Shown: positions 1 through 12,999, counted from the first letter of the stretch. The stretch: DNA of 64,000 nt from Eledone cirrhosa (GCA_964016885.1 OZ024742.1:23808001-23872000), one strand, 5' to 3'. Numbers and translations are program-made. Notes: generated by a model from the letters alone, not told the origin.

Positions 1-3000
1 CCGCGTCCTCCTAAAAAAACTACCCAACCCTCTTCCCAAACACCCACAGAACTCCAAACTCCCCAACCACACAACGCACTCATAACCCTACACCTCCACA
101 AACAACCACCCCACCCAACAACCCATCCCCCACCCTAATGGAAATTGTGCAGCCCGATACCCGGGACGCAGAGAGGTAAGTGCCTTTTCTCATCACCACC
201 AACATGGCCATGCTAAGAGTAGGCTGTTTAAATGCGCGTGGCCTGGGCTCAACTTGGAAGCAAGCAATGCTTCTAAATGACCTCAGGTCACAACGTATAG
301 ATGTGATGGTTATTTGCGAGGCCCGGATCAGCAACGTGCGACAGCTGGCCCCCACCTATGATGACTTTGAGATGCACGCAATCTCTCTGTCAGCCCGGAG
401 GTGGGGGTGGGGTTGTCGTTCTGCTGCAAAAACATATGGGTCTCGCAACACAGATGGTACATTTGGACCCGGAGGGTCGACTAGTGGTTCTGGACCTTGG
501 CAGTGGTAAAGGCGGAACGTTTAGGTTGGTAGCCGCCTACGGCCCTTTCGGGTCAATGCGGCCGGACTTCTTCCATCGTCTGGAGACTTTTCTAGGGACG
601 TCCCGCTCCTTGCTATTAGTGGGGGACTGGAATGGTATCCTAGATGCACGCTGGGACTACGTAGGGTCCTGTCACGTTAGAGAGGGGTGTAATAGCCTCA
701 AAGGGTTAATCGGTCGATTTGACCTGGCCGATAGATATCGACTAGATTTTCCGACTGCGCCAACCTGGACTTGGGCAAATCGTAGCGGATCATCTAGGTC
801 GTACCTAGATAGGTTCTTAGTAATATTTAAGGATAAGGACTTTTTAAGTTGTCCAAAAATGCGCATGGTTGACTATTCAGACCACAAGTTAGTGACCTGT
901 ATAGTCAACCTTGACAGAACTCATAGACAGGGACCCGGTTACTGGAAGCTTAATTCGTCCTTACCGGCAAGTAAGGCTTACAGGGACCGGATTAGCACTT
1001 TAGTTAAGGAGCGGTTGACGGGCGCCATCGTCAACAGCAGGTGGTGGGGATCTCTCAAAAGAGAGATTAGAGTAGTCTCTATAGAATTTAGTAAGGAGTT
1101 AGCCTCAAATAGAAATAGGAAGGAAAGGGAGTTAGTAGATAGTGTAGAAGTGGTAATTAGAAGCGGCGACGTGGCCAGAGTGCTAGCGTCGAGAACGGCC
1201 CTGGGCCAGTTCTTCGACGCGAAACATGAAGGCTGCATCGCCCGAAGCAAAATAGGTGCTCTGGGAAACGAGGGGACCAAAGCTGTTAGCTGGGCCCGCG
1301 GGACAGAAGCAAAAAGAGGAGGCAGATCCACTATACGGTCTTTGCGAGACCAGGATGGACGGGTGATCCTTGAACCTAAGCAGATGTGCGAGGCTTTTCA
1401 AAAGCACTTTGCCGGATTGTTCGGAAGGGGCGGGGAGCCGGTTGGGGATGTGGACTTCGGTCCATACCTCGACGGCCCGCCGCGTCTCTCGGACAGGGAG
1501 GCAAAGTCCTGCGAGGAGCCGATTTCAGCCGCTGAGATAGAGGACGTGCTGAGCCAATGTGGCAAACGCAAATCCCCGTGTCTCGATGGTCTTCCATACG
1601 AACTATATCTAGCTATGCCCGACTTGTTCCCCGATCTCCTCGAGGCGGTCTACTGCAACTGGCAACAGAACGGGAGAATTCCCTGTGCTGTGACCAAGGT
1701 CGTAGTCACGCTAGTGAGGAAGGACGAGAACAAGGGGGACGATATAAATAATTTCAGGCCCATAACTCTGCTAAATACAGAGTTACAGATTTTGGCCAAG
1801 GTGCTAGCAAAGAGGTTGGCGCTTGTCGTGGGTAACCTGGTGGGAGATGCGCAGACATGTGCTATCCCGTCCAGGTCCATCCACGATAACCTCCACCTCA
1901 TGCGATACATCATAGAGAGGGTTGGGAACGAACCCGGCTTTGGTGGGGCCCTGATCAACTTGGATCAATCTAAGGTATTCGATAGGGTCGACCATGGTTA
2001 CCTGGATGCGGTGTTAGCGGCGGCAGGCTTCGGACCCGTTTTCAGGGGCTGGATCAATGCCATGCACAGCAGCCGCATCTGCTCTAGGGTCAAGGTGAAC
2101 GGCTACCTCTCGGAGCCGTTCGAAATCGCGCGGTCCATCCGACAAGGGTGCCTCTCTCCTCCCTTCTGTATGTAATGACTCTAGAGCCACTGCTGCGGAA
2201 GTTGGAGTTGTTGCAGGGCATCCCGTTGGAACCGGGATTGCGGAAAGCGGTGTCAGCCTACGCCGATGACGTAACAGTAATGGTGTCGACGGCCTCGGAA
2301 ATCGGGGCGATCGGCACCTTACTGGAGGAGTACGAAAGGTTTACAGGGGCTAAGCTGAACCGGGACAAGTCGATCGGTCTGCAACTCGGCACGTGGAGGG
2401 GCAGATAGATGCCCTCCGATGGCGTCGTCGGGCACTGGACGGTGAAGTTGCTCGGGGTCTGGTTCGGACCAGACCTCCAGGTGGAGTAGAACTGGGGTGA
2501 GGTAACGAACAGGGTGTTTGCACTGACCCAGAAGTGGGCCGAGTGCAAACTGTCCCTGAAAGGTCGGGTGGAGGTGGCGAACACTTATATAGCGTCCGTC
2601 ATCTACTACCGCCTGACCGTTGTGCCTTGCCCAAGGGAAACGCTCGCCAAAATGAAGCGCGCACTCTTCCAATTCCTTTGGAAGAAGCGGGCTCCTATGG
2701 TGAGGAGATCCATCTGCTGTCAACACCCTTCGAAAGGAGGGCTGGGGATGCCGTGGCTAATGATACGTAAACACGCATTTAGGCTACGGCACCTTCAGGT
2801 ATTCCTTTCCGGTCAACCGGTGTGGGCCCTGTTTGTGAGGCGAGCCTTTCCCAGACTCGTCTCACTCACCGAGCTGCAATCCTGGGTCAAGCAAAGACCG
2901 AGAAAACTGGGCACCTGGCACACCGAGTGTGCCAAGGCGCTCACGGCTCTCTGGCAGGCGGACCCGGCTGTCAGTGGAGAATCCACCTCGTCATTCTATA

Positions 3001-3896
3001 GAGGGCTGGTGGTTAGCAGGTGCGACGACGCCCTCGGAGAAGCCCTAGGCATGGAGGAAGACGAACTGGCCCACCTGTTCGGTAGGACATTCAGCCCGGG
3101 ACCCATGGATAACTTCCAGAGGTCTCTGGCCTGGCAATGCTACAGAAGGGCTCTGCCCGTTCGAGAAAGGCTCTACAGACACGGGCGCACGGGTACGGAC
3201 CCCTCGAAAAAGATCTGTCCCAGATGCGTGTGCGACGAGGAAACCGTTGCACACGCATTGGTACACTGCTCGGGCATTGCCGATCTGTGGGGCTATGTCG
3301 AACAACTGCTGTCAAGGGTGGGACCGATCCGGTTGACCACCGAGTCTATTGTAACGATCAAGCCGCCTCCCCTCTTCAAAAACGAAGAAGAGGCGGTGTT
3401 TCTGTGCGTAATAGCCATGGCGAAAGAGGTTGTATGGTGGACGCGTCTGAAAGGACTGAGGTCAGACACTTTTCTCTCTGGCCAACAACTGGTCCGTTTC
3501 TTCCGATATCATTTCGGAAGAAGGATCAGGATGGAGAGAGAGGTGCTGCACCCCAGCCGTTTTTATGAAAGATGGGTGAAAGTGGCGAGAATGGCCCGTG
3601 TGAATGGGCCTTCACTCTACATCAGACTATAGGTGAGGAAGATGAAAGACCAAGGGAGCACCCCTTCTCTGTGCTCCCGAGGAAAAGGGTTGCACACTTT
3701 TTTTCGGGGGTGTGTGCGACCCCCCAAGGCGCCTCCTCCCTATTGAGGACTTTGTTATAAATTTTATTTTTTGTTATATTTTATTTTATTTTTATATATT
3801 GTTATTGCCTCCTCCTTATTGAGGACGCCTTGTTTTGTAAACTCCCCCCATTGTACTTGTCCCACTTTTGATGCCCTGGTGGCAAATAAAAGAAAC
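1..3896 (+). mobile_element. Tx1/L1-clade non-LTR retrotransposon (5' end outside the window), decayed
   Basis: A Pro/Thr-rich, likely ORF1 tail ends at TAA ~179. ORF2 follows from ATG 204. The 3' UTR has AATAAA at 3885-3890, followed by (ATCT)n. Confidence 0.9.
204..3632 (+). pseudogene. ORF2: APE endonuclease, reverse transcriptase and C-terminal Cys/His (zf-RVT-like) domain, disrupted
   Basis: APE motifs LNARGL, ICE, GDWN, TW, SYLDR, SDH; GYWKLN linker; RT motifs FRPITLLN, IRQGC/PLS, YADD; CPRC..ET..H....C. Split over ORFs 180-509, 358-2175, 2148-2408 and 2514-3632 by frameshifts and TAG stops. Confidence 0.92.
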
Positions 3897-3930
3897 ATAT
3901 CTATCTATCTACCTATCTATCTATCTATCT

Positions 3931-4705
3931 CCGTCGAAGGCCTATGGATAGCTTCCAGATGTCTCTGGCCTGGCAGTGCTACCAAAGAGCTCTACCAGTT
4001 CGAGACAATCCACAGGCACAGACGCCCTGGCAGAGATCCTGCCAAAAGGACCTGTCCAAGATGCGAGCAGGAAATCGAAACCGTTCTGCACGCAATTGTT
4101 CAGTGCCCAGGGGTGACCGACCTGTAGAATTGTGTCGAACAGCTACTGTCACGTGTGGGACGCATCCAGTTGTCAGCCGAGTCCATCGTGAGGATCAACC
4201 CGCCGCCTTCATTTAAGAATGAAGGAGAGGCGGTTTTCCTCTGTCTGGTGGCTATGGCGAAAGAGGTAATATGGTGGACGAGGTTAAAAGGACTGAGGGC
4301 AAACACCTTTCTCTCCGAACAACAACTTATCCCCTTCTTTAAGTACCACTTGAGAAGGAAGGTGAGAGTGGAGAGAGAGGTGCTACACCCCAGTAAATTC
4401 GCTGAAGTGGGTGAATGTGGCAAAAATGGCCCGAGTGGATGGGCCTTCTCTCTATGTAAACCTGTAGGTTGAGGAAGATAAACAGAGGGAAGAGGGGAAC
4501 ACGTACAAAACGTGTTCCTGGTGCTGAGGGTTGTTCTACGAGGTGTAAAACAACCCTGCTGTAACGCCCCCCTATTGGGGATTTAAATTGTTATTTTATT
4601 ATATATAGTTTATTTTTATTTATTAATGTTAAAGTTATATGATTTTTTTATACAAAACCTTGTAATGCCCCATTTCTGTACGCCCCTGTGGCAAATAAAG
4701 AAAGA
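3931..4705 (+). mobile_element. 5'-truncated second Tx1-like copy (related subfamily)
   Basis: Translates to the same C-terminus (MDSFQMSLAWQCY, CPRC, AVFLCLVAMAKEVIWWTRLKGL). Ends GTGGCAAATAAAGAAA followed by (TC)n/(ATCT)n, like copy 1. Confidence 0.9.
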
Positions 4706-5104
4706 TCTCTCTCTCTCGCTCTCTCTATATATATATCTATCTACCTATCTATCTACCTATCTATATATCTCTCTCTCTATCTATCTATCTGTATGAATGA
4801 GACTAAAAAAACAAGCAGAAATAATGATGAGGCAGATTTATACACCGAACATAATGCTAGACATTATTCTTCCAACATTATCAACTGAAGGAAAATGATT
4901 AGCTTGCAGTAAGAATAAAGTTTTCATTCTTCATTTTTTCTCCGTCATATATTTTTTTATTATGCATTTATTATATTTTATTTTATTTTAGATTTATTCT
5001 TTCTTTCTTTCTTTTTTCTCCAATACGGATCCTAACCATACTTGAATACTAGGTTTCAATTCAATAATTGATTAATATTACTAGTAGCAGCAGTAGTATT
5101 ATGA

Positions 5105-5720
5105 GGCGGTGGATTGACAGTATCGGTAGAGCACCGCACAACATACTTTGCGGTATAGATCTAAGGTCCCCTACGTTCTGATTTCAAATCTCAGCGATGT
5201 TAGCTTTGCCTTTCATCGTTATGGGGTCGACAAATAAAGTACCAGTAATGCACTGATGTCGATTTAATCGACATTCCCCTCCCTCAAAATTGTTGGCCTT
5301 GTGCCTAAATCGGAAATCATTACCATTATTATTATCATTATTACGTCCCTTTACAGTCTGAGTTCAAATCCCGCTGAGGTTAACTTTGCCTTTCATCCTT
5401 ACGGGGTCGATAAAATAAAGTATAAGTAATGTACTGGGTAATTGCTGGCCTTGTGCCTAAAGTAGAAACAATTATTATTATTATCTGAGTGAGAGCGATA
5501 GAGTGGGGTTGATCGTGTCGGTGGAATGTCGTGAAATATGTTTTGTGGCATAAAGTTACGGCCTTTTACGGTCCGAAATCCAATCCTGCCGAGGCTAGCT
5601 TTGCTTTTCATCCTTACGGGAAAGATAAAATAAAGCATCAGTAACGTGCTGTGGTGGATTTAATGGACTTTGACTTTCCCTTCAAATGTCTGTTCTTGAG
5701 TCAAAAGTAGAAACAATTAT
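5105..5720 (+). mobile_element. Cluster of 3 tRNA-derived SINE copies (family A)
   Basis: Repeated GGCGG..TGGCAGTATCGGTAGAG head, GAGTTCAAATC B-box, GCCTTTCATCC..GGGGTCGATAAAATAAAGTACCAGT core and GCTGGCCTTGTGCC..TAGAAAC(ATT)n tail. Confidence 0.8.
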
Positions 5721-5879
5721 TATAATTTTCTCTTGTTGCTTTCAGTATTTCTTTTGCATCCTTGTTTTTCTGTGGTCGAATGCCTAAAGATTTCACTTGA
5801 CAATCACTTGGTTTAAGGGTTGCTCCCGCTGCATCTGTTAGTGAAATTGTTTAAATAGAAAATACTTGGAAGCCCGTCG

Positions 5880-6510
5880 GATGGACTATACCCATAACTG
5901 AAAGGGCTAACTTTGTCACATTCTCTCTCACCCCGAATCTACCTGAGAATTATGAGGAATTCTCAACCAGTTACACTATAATACAAAATAGACTATACCT
6001 GTAATAGAGTGGAACAGTCTTGTCACACAGAATTTTACACCGAATCTCTCTGAGAATTAAGTTAAGTTAAGTGCACATTTGTCTGTAGAATACTCAATCA
6101 GCTAACTATAATTCAAGATAGGCTTTCCTCTAATTCAATGGGACTTACCTCTAATTCAATTCACGCAGAATGTTAGCTTAAATCTCCCTGAGAATTATAT
6201 TAAATCTACACTTACGGGCGGTAGAGAGTCGGACACTATGCTTTGCAGCATAGAGTTACGGCCCTTTACGGTATGAGTTCAAAACCCGCCAAGGTTAATT
6301 TTGCCTTTCATCCCTATGGGTTCGATAAAATAAAGTAACGTACTGTGGTCGATTTAATCGCCTTTCCCCTCCCCCAAATCACTGGCCATGTGTCTATACT
6401 AGAAATCATATTAAGTCTACACGTGTCTGTGAAACACTCAGGCTGTTCAGCTGAACAAATAACTGAACTGCTGTACTCATCGTCGATGATCGAAACCGAC
6501 GGAGGTTCAT
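5880..6510 (+). mobile_element. SINE fragments: repeated family B 3' segments with a nested family A copy (~6216-6408)
   Basis: The GAATCTC(C/T)CTGAGAATTA motif recurs about 3 times and matches the tail of the SINE at 48515-48830. Confidence 0.6.
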
Positions 6511-6649
6511 TCTATTCGAATTTTAGATTTTAGAGTTCTTTCGACTCGTTTTATTCTTTCTTTCTCCAATATAGATCCTAATCATTCTTGAATAGTAGAC
6601 TTCAGTTCAATAATTGATTATTGTTATCGTTATTATTACTTTTTTTTTT

Positions 6650-6670
6650 ATTAATATTATATTAATATTA

Positions 6671-6722
<52 letters not shown>
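6650..6722. repeat. (TTA/TAA)n microsatellite at the 3' end of the Dong element
   Basis: Read directly from the sequence. Confidence 0.95.
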
Positions 6723-6723
<1 letters not shown>

Positions 6724-6796
6724 CTTGAATCTCAGTCATTGATGTTGGTTAACTGGAAAGTCCGTTGGATTGAATATCAAGCCACTACCTGCAGCC

Positions 6797-9700
6797 TCAG
6801 ATATTCAGGACGTATCGGAGGGTTCTTGCCGTTCCAAGCAAGCATGCCTTTTGAAGCGTTCCAAAAAGCGTGAAGGGGCCGATTTTCTTTAACCATCCCT
6901 GGAAACCTTTGGAGATAGTCCCCAGTGCGCCTATGACAATCGGGATCACTTTGACTTCATGGCAGTTCCAAATCCTTTTCACCTCCCACTTTAGGTCCTG
7001 GTATCGGTTAATTTTCTCCCTCTCCTTCTCTTGCACTCTCGTGTCGAACGGGCAGGCCACATCCACAATCAGGCACGATCTTTTTTCTTTGTCCACAACC
7101 ACCAGGTCAGGTCTATTGTGTTCCAGTTTTTTGTCCGTCTGTATCCTAAAATCCCACAGCACCTTCACCTGACTGTTCTCCATCACCGCCTCTGGCCTAT
7201 GCTCATACCATTTCTCAGAATGTGGTAGATTGTTTACTTTGCACAGGTGCCAGTGGATCACCCTGCCCATCACATCGTGTCTCCAGCCCTTATAGTGGGT
7301 CTGGGCTAGGTGTTTACACTCGGACACAATGTGAGCCACAGTCTCCTCTCTCTCTCCACAGATCCTGCACAGTGGGCTAGCCTCCTCCTTGTAGATATGG
7401 TGCTTCAACCACTTCGTTTTGAGGGCCTGCTCCTGCGCAGCCATTAGCATTCCTTCTGTAGCCTTTTTGAGGTCTCCTCTTCTCAACCAGTTCCATGTCT
7501 GTGGATCTCTAAATTCAGTTTTCTCAAAGAAGGTACTATGAAGGGATTTTCCCTTAAGGCTGCTCTTCCTCCTTGATGTTATTTCCTCCTTGGGTATCCC
7601 CTGGCCTACTGTCCCCTCCTTCAGTACAGCTCTGAGCATTGGCTCCTTACTATAGGTCACGTATTTGTATAGGTTGTTTTTCTCCATCTGAACACAGTCC
7701 TCTATGCTGATAAGACCTCTTCCACCCTCAGATCTCCTTAGGTAGAGTCTATCGACATCACTCCTCTTGTGGAACATGTTGTAGATAGTCAATAGCTTCC
7801 TAGTCTTCCTATCCATTTCTTTTTGTTCAGCAACATTCCATCTCAGAATTCCCGCACTGTACCTAATAATAGACACAGCTCGGGAATTTACTGCGCTTAT
7901 GGCATTTCTGCTGTTCAGATGTGACTTCAATACGCTCCTTACTCTCCGAATGTATTCAGTTCTTAACAATTCCTTCATTTTTTTGTTCTTTATGCCATCA
8001 GCCTCCAGAACGCCCAAATACTTGTATCCTTCCTCAGAGTCAATTTCCTTTATCATCTCACCTGTTGGTATCTGGATCCCGTTACTTCTGCTCAACCTAC
8101 CCCTCCTCATCACAATGACTCCACATTTACCAATACCAAACTGCATACATATATCACTGCTGAAAATACGGACAGTGTCAACAAGCACATCCAACTCCTT
8201 CTCACTTTTCCCGAAGAGCTTGAGATCGTCCATGAAGAGGAGGTGATTGATGGTAAGCTCTCCCCTTCCCAACTTGTATCCTGCTCTCACTTTTCGCAGC
8301 ATAATGGTCAAGGGCATCAGGGCAAGGACAAACAACAGAGGGGACAGGCTATCTCCCTGGAAGATACCTCTCTTGATCTTCACGCTTCCCAAGGATACTC
8401 CAGTTGATGTCAACTCTGTCTCCCAGGACCCCATACTCCTGCCCAGCAACTGTCTGATGTTATCTGCCACCCTGAAGATCTCCAGGCTTTTGGTGATCCA
8501 GGAATGAGGCACCATGTCAAATGCCTTTCTGTAGTCTATCCATCCCATGGCAAGATCAGTGTGTCTCCTCCTGCAATTCCCCATTACCATCTTATCAATA
8601 AGCAACTGGTCCTTTGTACCACGTGACTTCTTTCGGCATCCTTTCTGTTCGTCCGGCAACAAGTTGTTTGTGTGGAGGTGATGGTAGATTTCCTCAGACA
8701 CAATGCTCGTCAACAGTTTCCACATTACGGGCAGACATGTGATAGGTCTATAGTTGGTAACATCATTACCCTTGATTCGGTCTTTCATTATCAGAACTGT
8801 GGTACCTTTTGTCAACCACTCTGGCACCTCACCCGACACCAAGCAGTCATTGAACATGGCCGTCAGCTTCGGGTGGAGGGATGTTAAATGTTTAATCCAA
8901 TACCCCTGCACACCATCTGGGCCTGGTGATCTCCAGTTGGTTAGTTTTTTGGCTTGCCCCTTAAGAGTTTCAACTGTGATACTCAAATCAGTCTGTTGCT
9001 GTGCCTGCTCACCGATCTCCCTCTGTACTGTCTCAATCCACCCTGCCTGGGCATTGTGTCTAACATCCTGCTCCCATATTCCTCTCCAGAATGTTTTAGC
9101 TTGTTCCGCCCCAGGGATCAAGTCGGTGCCTCTTTCTTTCCCCTCAAGCTGTCCAAACAGCATCTTCTGGTTGTTGTCGAACATGCGGTTCTGTTTATAC
9201 TGACTGACTCTGTTCTCGTATCGCCTGATTTTGGCACTCTTTGCTACAATGCGTTGCTTCAATTCCTCTATGATAATATTTAGCTTTTTACTCCTAGTTT
9301 TGTATTTTATTTCCAGTCTATTTTTAGTGCCTATGTTTTTTAGTGTCCCATTCAGTAGTGACTCAAGCTTTCCTATGTCATTTCTCATTTCCCCGATTTG
9401 CCCACTCAGTCGCTTCTTCCACCACGGCTCTGCTCTTTCTTGTCTGTTGTTTCCTCTCGCTTTTATACCAAGTAGTTTCCTCACCGTATTTGCTGTTGCT
9501 TTGAGGATATTGTTGCACTGGTGAAGACTCCTCGCCTCAAGGTATGGGATGACTTTGTTTACCTTAGCTGTTGTTTCTTTTAACTTTTTCCTGTCTACAA
9601 ATCTTAGGTTCATAGGTCTCCCACTATCATTGTTCAACTCATCTACCACTAAATTTAGGATGTCAACCGAATCTTGTCCTAGCCCGTCAGCATTCATCTC

Positions 9701-10189
9701 CTCAGTGGCCGTATCTCTGTTCCAGGTATTATTTATCTCAGTATTCAGATCATTGTCTGCTTCGGGTGGTTCCTCCGCTCTCAGGACCTCCTCACCTTCA
9801 TTTCCCGCCGGCTCGCTTGTCTGGCATACTACACCCGCCATCTCCAAGCCATTCTCTCTGCTCAGTTCCTCCAGTTCCAGCTCGCTTATCCACCCATTAG
9901 TTCTTATTACCCGAGCCTGCCCGGCCAATTTTTGTTCATCTAATTTAAATAAACCAATCTCGTTCCAGATGTTATGCATCCGTCTCCTGTAGCCCCTCTC
10001 CTTGGGGTTACTTTTCAGGTAGCATTGCATAACAGTTCTATTCAATTCTTTCGTCCAGTTGGTTCTGGCCCCTTTCCTTCTTCTTCTTCCTCCAACATCA
10101 GCAGTATTTGGTTGACAGTCAGGTTCCTGCTGCTGAGCCAGGGGGCACCTGTTGGGTGAGAGTCTGTCACATGACGTTCTAGTCTCCAT
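6797..10189 (-). CDS. R4/Dong-type polyprotein: N-terminal domain, RT, CCHC zinc knuckle, restriction-like endonuclease (1130 aa)
   Basis: SPGPDG, NYRPITCL, GIFQGDSLSP, LLFMDDLKLF, YKYLG, GGRGL, CRICGEREETVAHIVSEC, RHD, RPDLVVVD...IVDVACP. Uninterrupted reading frame. Confidence 0.95.
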   Translation of the reverse strand: METRTSCDRLSPNRCPLAQQQEPDCQPNTADVGGRRRRKGARTNWTKELNRTVMQCYLKSNPKERGYRRRMHNIWNEIGLFKLDEQKLAGQARVIRTNGWISELELEELSRENGLEMAGVVCQTSEPAGNEGEEVLRAEEPPEADNDLNTEINNTWNRDTATEEMNADGLGQDSVDILNLVVDELNNDSGRPMNLRFVDRKKLKETTAKVNKVIPYLEARSLHQCNNILKATANTVRKLLGIKARGNNRQERAEPWWKKRLSGQIGEMRNDIGKLESLLNGTLKNIGTKNRLEIKYKTRSKKLNIIIEELKQRIVAKSAKIRRYENRVSQYKQNRMFDNNQKMLFGQLEGKERGTDLIPGAEQAKTFWRGIWEQDVRHNAQAGWIETVQREIGEQAQQQTDLSITVETLKGQAKKLTNWRSPGPDGVQGYWIKHLTSLHPKLTAMFNDCLVSGEVPEWLTKGTTVLIMKDRIKGNDVTNYRPITCLPVMWKLLTSIVSEEIYHHLHTNNLLPDEQKGCRKKSRGTKDQLLIDKMVMGNCRRRHTDLAMGWIDYRKAFDMVPHSWITKSLEIFRVADNIRQLLGRSMGSWETELTSTGVSLGSVKIKRGIFQGDSLSPLLFVLALMPLTIMLRKVRAGYKLGRGELTINHLLFMDDLKLFGKSEKELDVLVDTVRIFSSDICMQFGIGKCGVIVMRRGRLSRSNGIQIPTGEMIKEIDSEEGYKYLGVLEADGIKNKKMKELLRTEYIRRVRSVLKSHLNSRNAISAVNSRAVSIIRYSAGILRWNVAEQKEMDRKTRKLLTIYNMFHKRSDVDRLYLRRSEGGRGLISIEDCVQMEKNNLYKYVTYSKEPMLRAVLKEGTVGQGIPKEEITSRRKSSLKGKSLHSTFFEKTEFRDPQTWNWLRRGDLKKATEGMLMAAQEQALKTKWLKHHIYKEEASPLCRICGEREETVAHIVSECKHLAQTHYKGWRHDVMGRVIHWHLCKVNNLPHSEKWYEHRPEAVMENSQVKVLWDFRIQTDKKLEHNRPDLVVVDKEKRSCLIVDVACPFDTRVQEKEREKINRYQDLKWEVKRIWNCHEVKVIPIVIGALGTISKGFQGWLKKIGPFTLFGTLQKACLLGTARTLRYVLNI

Positions 10190-10758
10190 TTCACCGTTAT
10201 TCGAACTGTTTATGTTCGATATTTAAACACTCTTATCGAGGATTGGCGAATGTATGTTTACATAGCCATCTGTGGATCCGCCATCCCACTTGGCCCTTGT
10301 GTGGCATTATCACCACGCTGTATACGGACACACATAAACAAACAAACACACGGGCAGAAAGGGTCCCAAAAATGAATAAGCATAAGTTTCATTGTAATGT
10401 AGTATTCGAATGTCTGACTTAGTTTTTGTTTTTTAAGTTTTACTTTTTCCCCCCTCTTCTCTGTCCGTCCGCCTGCTTCTCTCTTCATTCTTATTTTCTT
10501 TACGTTTTTGGGGTTTCTTTTTTTGTTTTTGTTTTTCTCTGTTTTTCTCGTTTTTTACTGTTGTTGCTGTGCTGCTTTTGTTGTTTGTTTTTTCTTTTTT
10601 CTTTTGAGTCTATCTATATATTTTGATGCCTTCCTCTTTGTTAGTAGTAGGAATTCTATAATGTGGAAGTGGTAGCCAGCAGAGACTGGCGGCGTTGGCG
10701 ATACTGAGACAGTGGTGGTGGTGATGTCGATACCGAGGCAGTGGTGGCGGTGATGCGA

Positions 10759-11407
10759 CCGTATTACTGTAGTGATGGTGCTGTAGCGGTGGCAGCAGCA
10801 GTGAAGGAGTCAGGGGGTGGTGGCGGCGGTGATGGGATAGTGGAGGTAATGATGGCTGTAGTGAGCGGTGGCGGTGAAGGTGAAAATGCTGTTGTGTTTA
10901 GTGTACACAGATGATGGGGTGGGTGGTGTATCTAGTTTCTGGTGTTGGTGAGTTTCGCTGTCCTATATAGTGTAGCCAGAGGAGAGGAGGGGGGGGGGGG
11001 GGGGTTCTTCTTCCATTTATAGCCATTTTATTTTTTTTTGGATATACAGTGTACAATACAAAGTTGAATATTTGAATATTTGAGCCGTATTACTGTAGTG
11101 ATGGTGCTGTAGCGGTGGCAGCAGCAGTGAAGGAGTCAAGGGGTGGTGGCGGCGGTGATGGGATAGTGGTGGTAATGATGGCGTAGTGAGCGGTGGCGGT
11201 GAAGGTGAAAATGCTGTTGTGTTTAGTGTACACAGATGATGGGGTGGGTGGTGTATCTAGTTTCTGGTGTTGGTGAGTTTAGCTGTCCTATATAGTGTAG
11301 CCAGAGGAGAGGAGGGGGGGGGGGGGTTCTTCTTCTTCCATTTATAGCTATTTTTTTTTTGGATATACAGTGTACAATACAAAGTTGAATATTTGAATAT
11401 TTGAGCC
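10759..11407. repeat. Tandem duplication, 2 x ~325 bp, near-identical, each with a poly-G tract
   Basis: CCGTATTACTGTAGTGATGG starts at 10759 and 11085; both copies end AATATTTGAGCC. Confidence 0.9.
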
Positions 11408-11572
11408 TTATAACAATATATTTTGGGTCCGAATTTTTTTGGGGCTCAAGCCGGGTGCTTTACGTAGCATTTGTACTAAGAGTTGTTATTTCACAAATGA
11501 TTTAAATATGTTAAAAATTCAAAACTTACGGGAGCGATTTCATGACCTCCGTCACCTCGTGCGCCTTCTGCC

Positions 11573-12050
<478 letters not shown>

Positions 12051-12056
<6 letters not shown>

Positions 12057-12350
12057 ATCAAAAGATGTTTAAAAGAGTTACATGTATTTTATTTTGCGCA
12101 TTACAAAAACAAATATCACCATGCGATGACATTTGCGTTTTCGTCAGATAAAATAGGGAGACATGATATGAAGGTTAAAAAACACTTGTAAATTAAAACT
12201 GCACTATTCACAAGTGTTTTTTAACCTTCATATCATGTCTCCCTATTTTATCTGATGAAAACGCAAATGTCATCGCATGATGATATTTGTTTTTGAAATG
12301 TGCAAAATAAAATACATGGAACTCTTTTAAACATCTTTTGATCTTATATA
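12051..12350. repeat. Fold-back palindrome, ~140-bp arms and ~20-bp spacer, adjoining (TA)n
   Basis: TATAAGATCAAAAGATGTTTAAAAGAG... versus ...CTCTTTTAAACATCTTTTGATCTTATA, with a few mismatches. Confidence 0.95.
12244..12314 (+). ncRNA. Type I hammerhead-like motif, U16.1 mutated (mirror copy at 12085-12155, minus strand)
   Basis: TATTTTAT-CTGATGA-long stem II-GAAA-TGTGCAAA-ATAAAATA. Stem I is a perfect 8 bp; the NUH triplet reads AAA. Confidence 0.6.
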
Positions 12351-12440
12351 TTATTTATACTCCAGTCCTACAAATTGTAGAGTGCTACTTATCCGATATC
12401 TGCATTGCTTTATTGTACTACAATAAAACTCACCTCCTTC

Positions 12441-12473
<33 letters not shown>

Positions 12474-12779
12474 CACACACATATGTATATATACTCTCCC
12501 TCCATGTTTGTGTTGTTTTCTGAAGCTAACGGTGACGATAAACCAAAATTTGTTCCATATTACAGAAAGTCACTAGGAAGGAATGTACTACGAGACATCG
12601 CGCTAGAATGGTTTTTATTGTTACCCCCTATTTTATGTCAGACATTTAAAAAAAATATATTCTGCTTTATATTCCTAGCATATCACACACATTTTCTCTT
12701 TCTCTCTTTGTCTCTCGCTCTCTCTCCCTCTCTCTCTTTCTTTCCCTCTCTCTCACACACACACTCTCTCTCTCAATCT

Positions 12780-12999
12780 TTCCCATTCTCTCATATTCCT
12801 TCTAATCATCTTTTTTCTTACGCATATCATTCTTTCTCACACACACTCTCTCTCTCTTACACACACACACGCGAACACACACACACACACACACACATTC
12901 TTTCCCATTCTTTCATATTCCTTCTAATCATCTCTTTTCTTATGCGTGTCATACTTTCTCACACTCTCTCTCTCTCTCTCTCTTACACACACACACACG

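Larger units (their letters stand above)
6723..11572 (-). mobile_element. R4/Dong-clade RLE non-LTR retrotransposon, probably full length (5' boundary inferred)
   Basis: Intact ORF; a 74-nt 3' UTR abuts (TAA)n at 6722. The next (TAA)n array begins at 11573 and would bound a ~1.4-kb 5' UTR. Confidence 0.7.
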
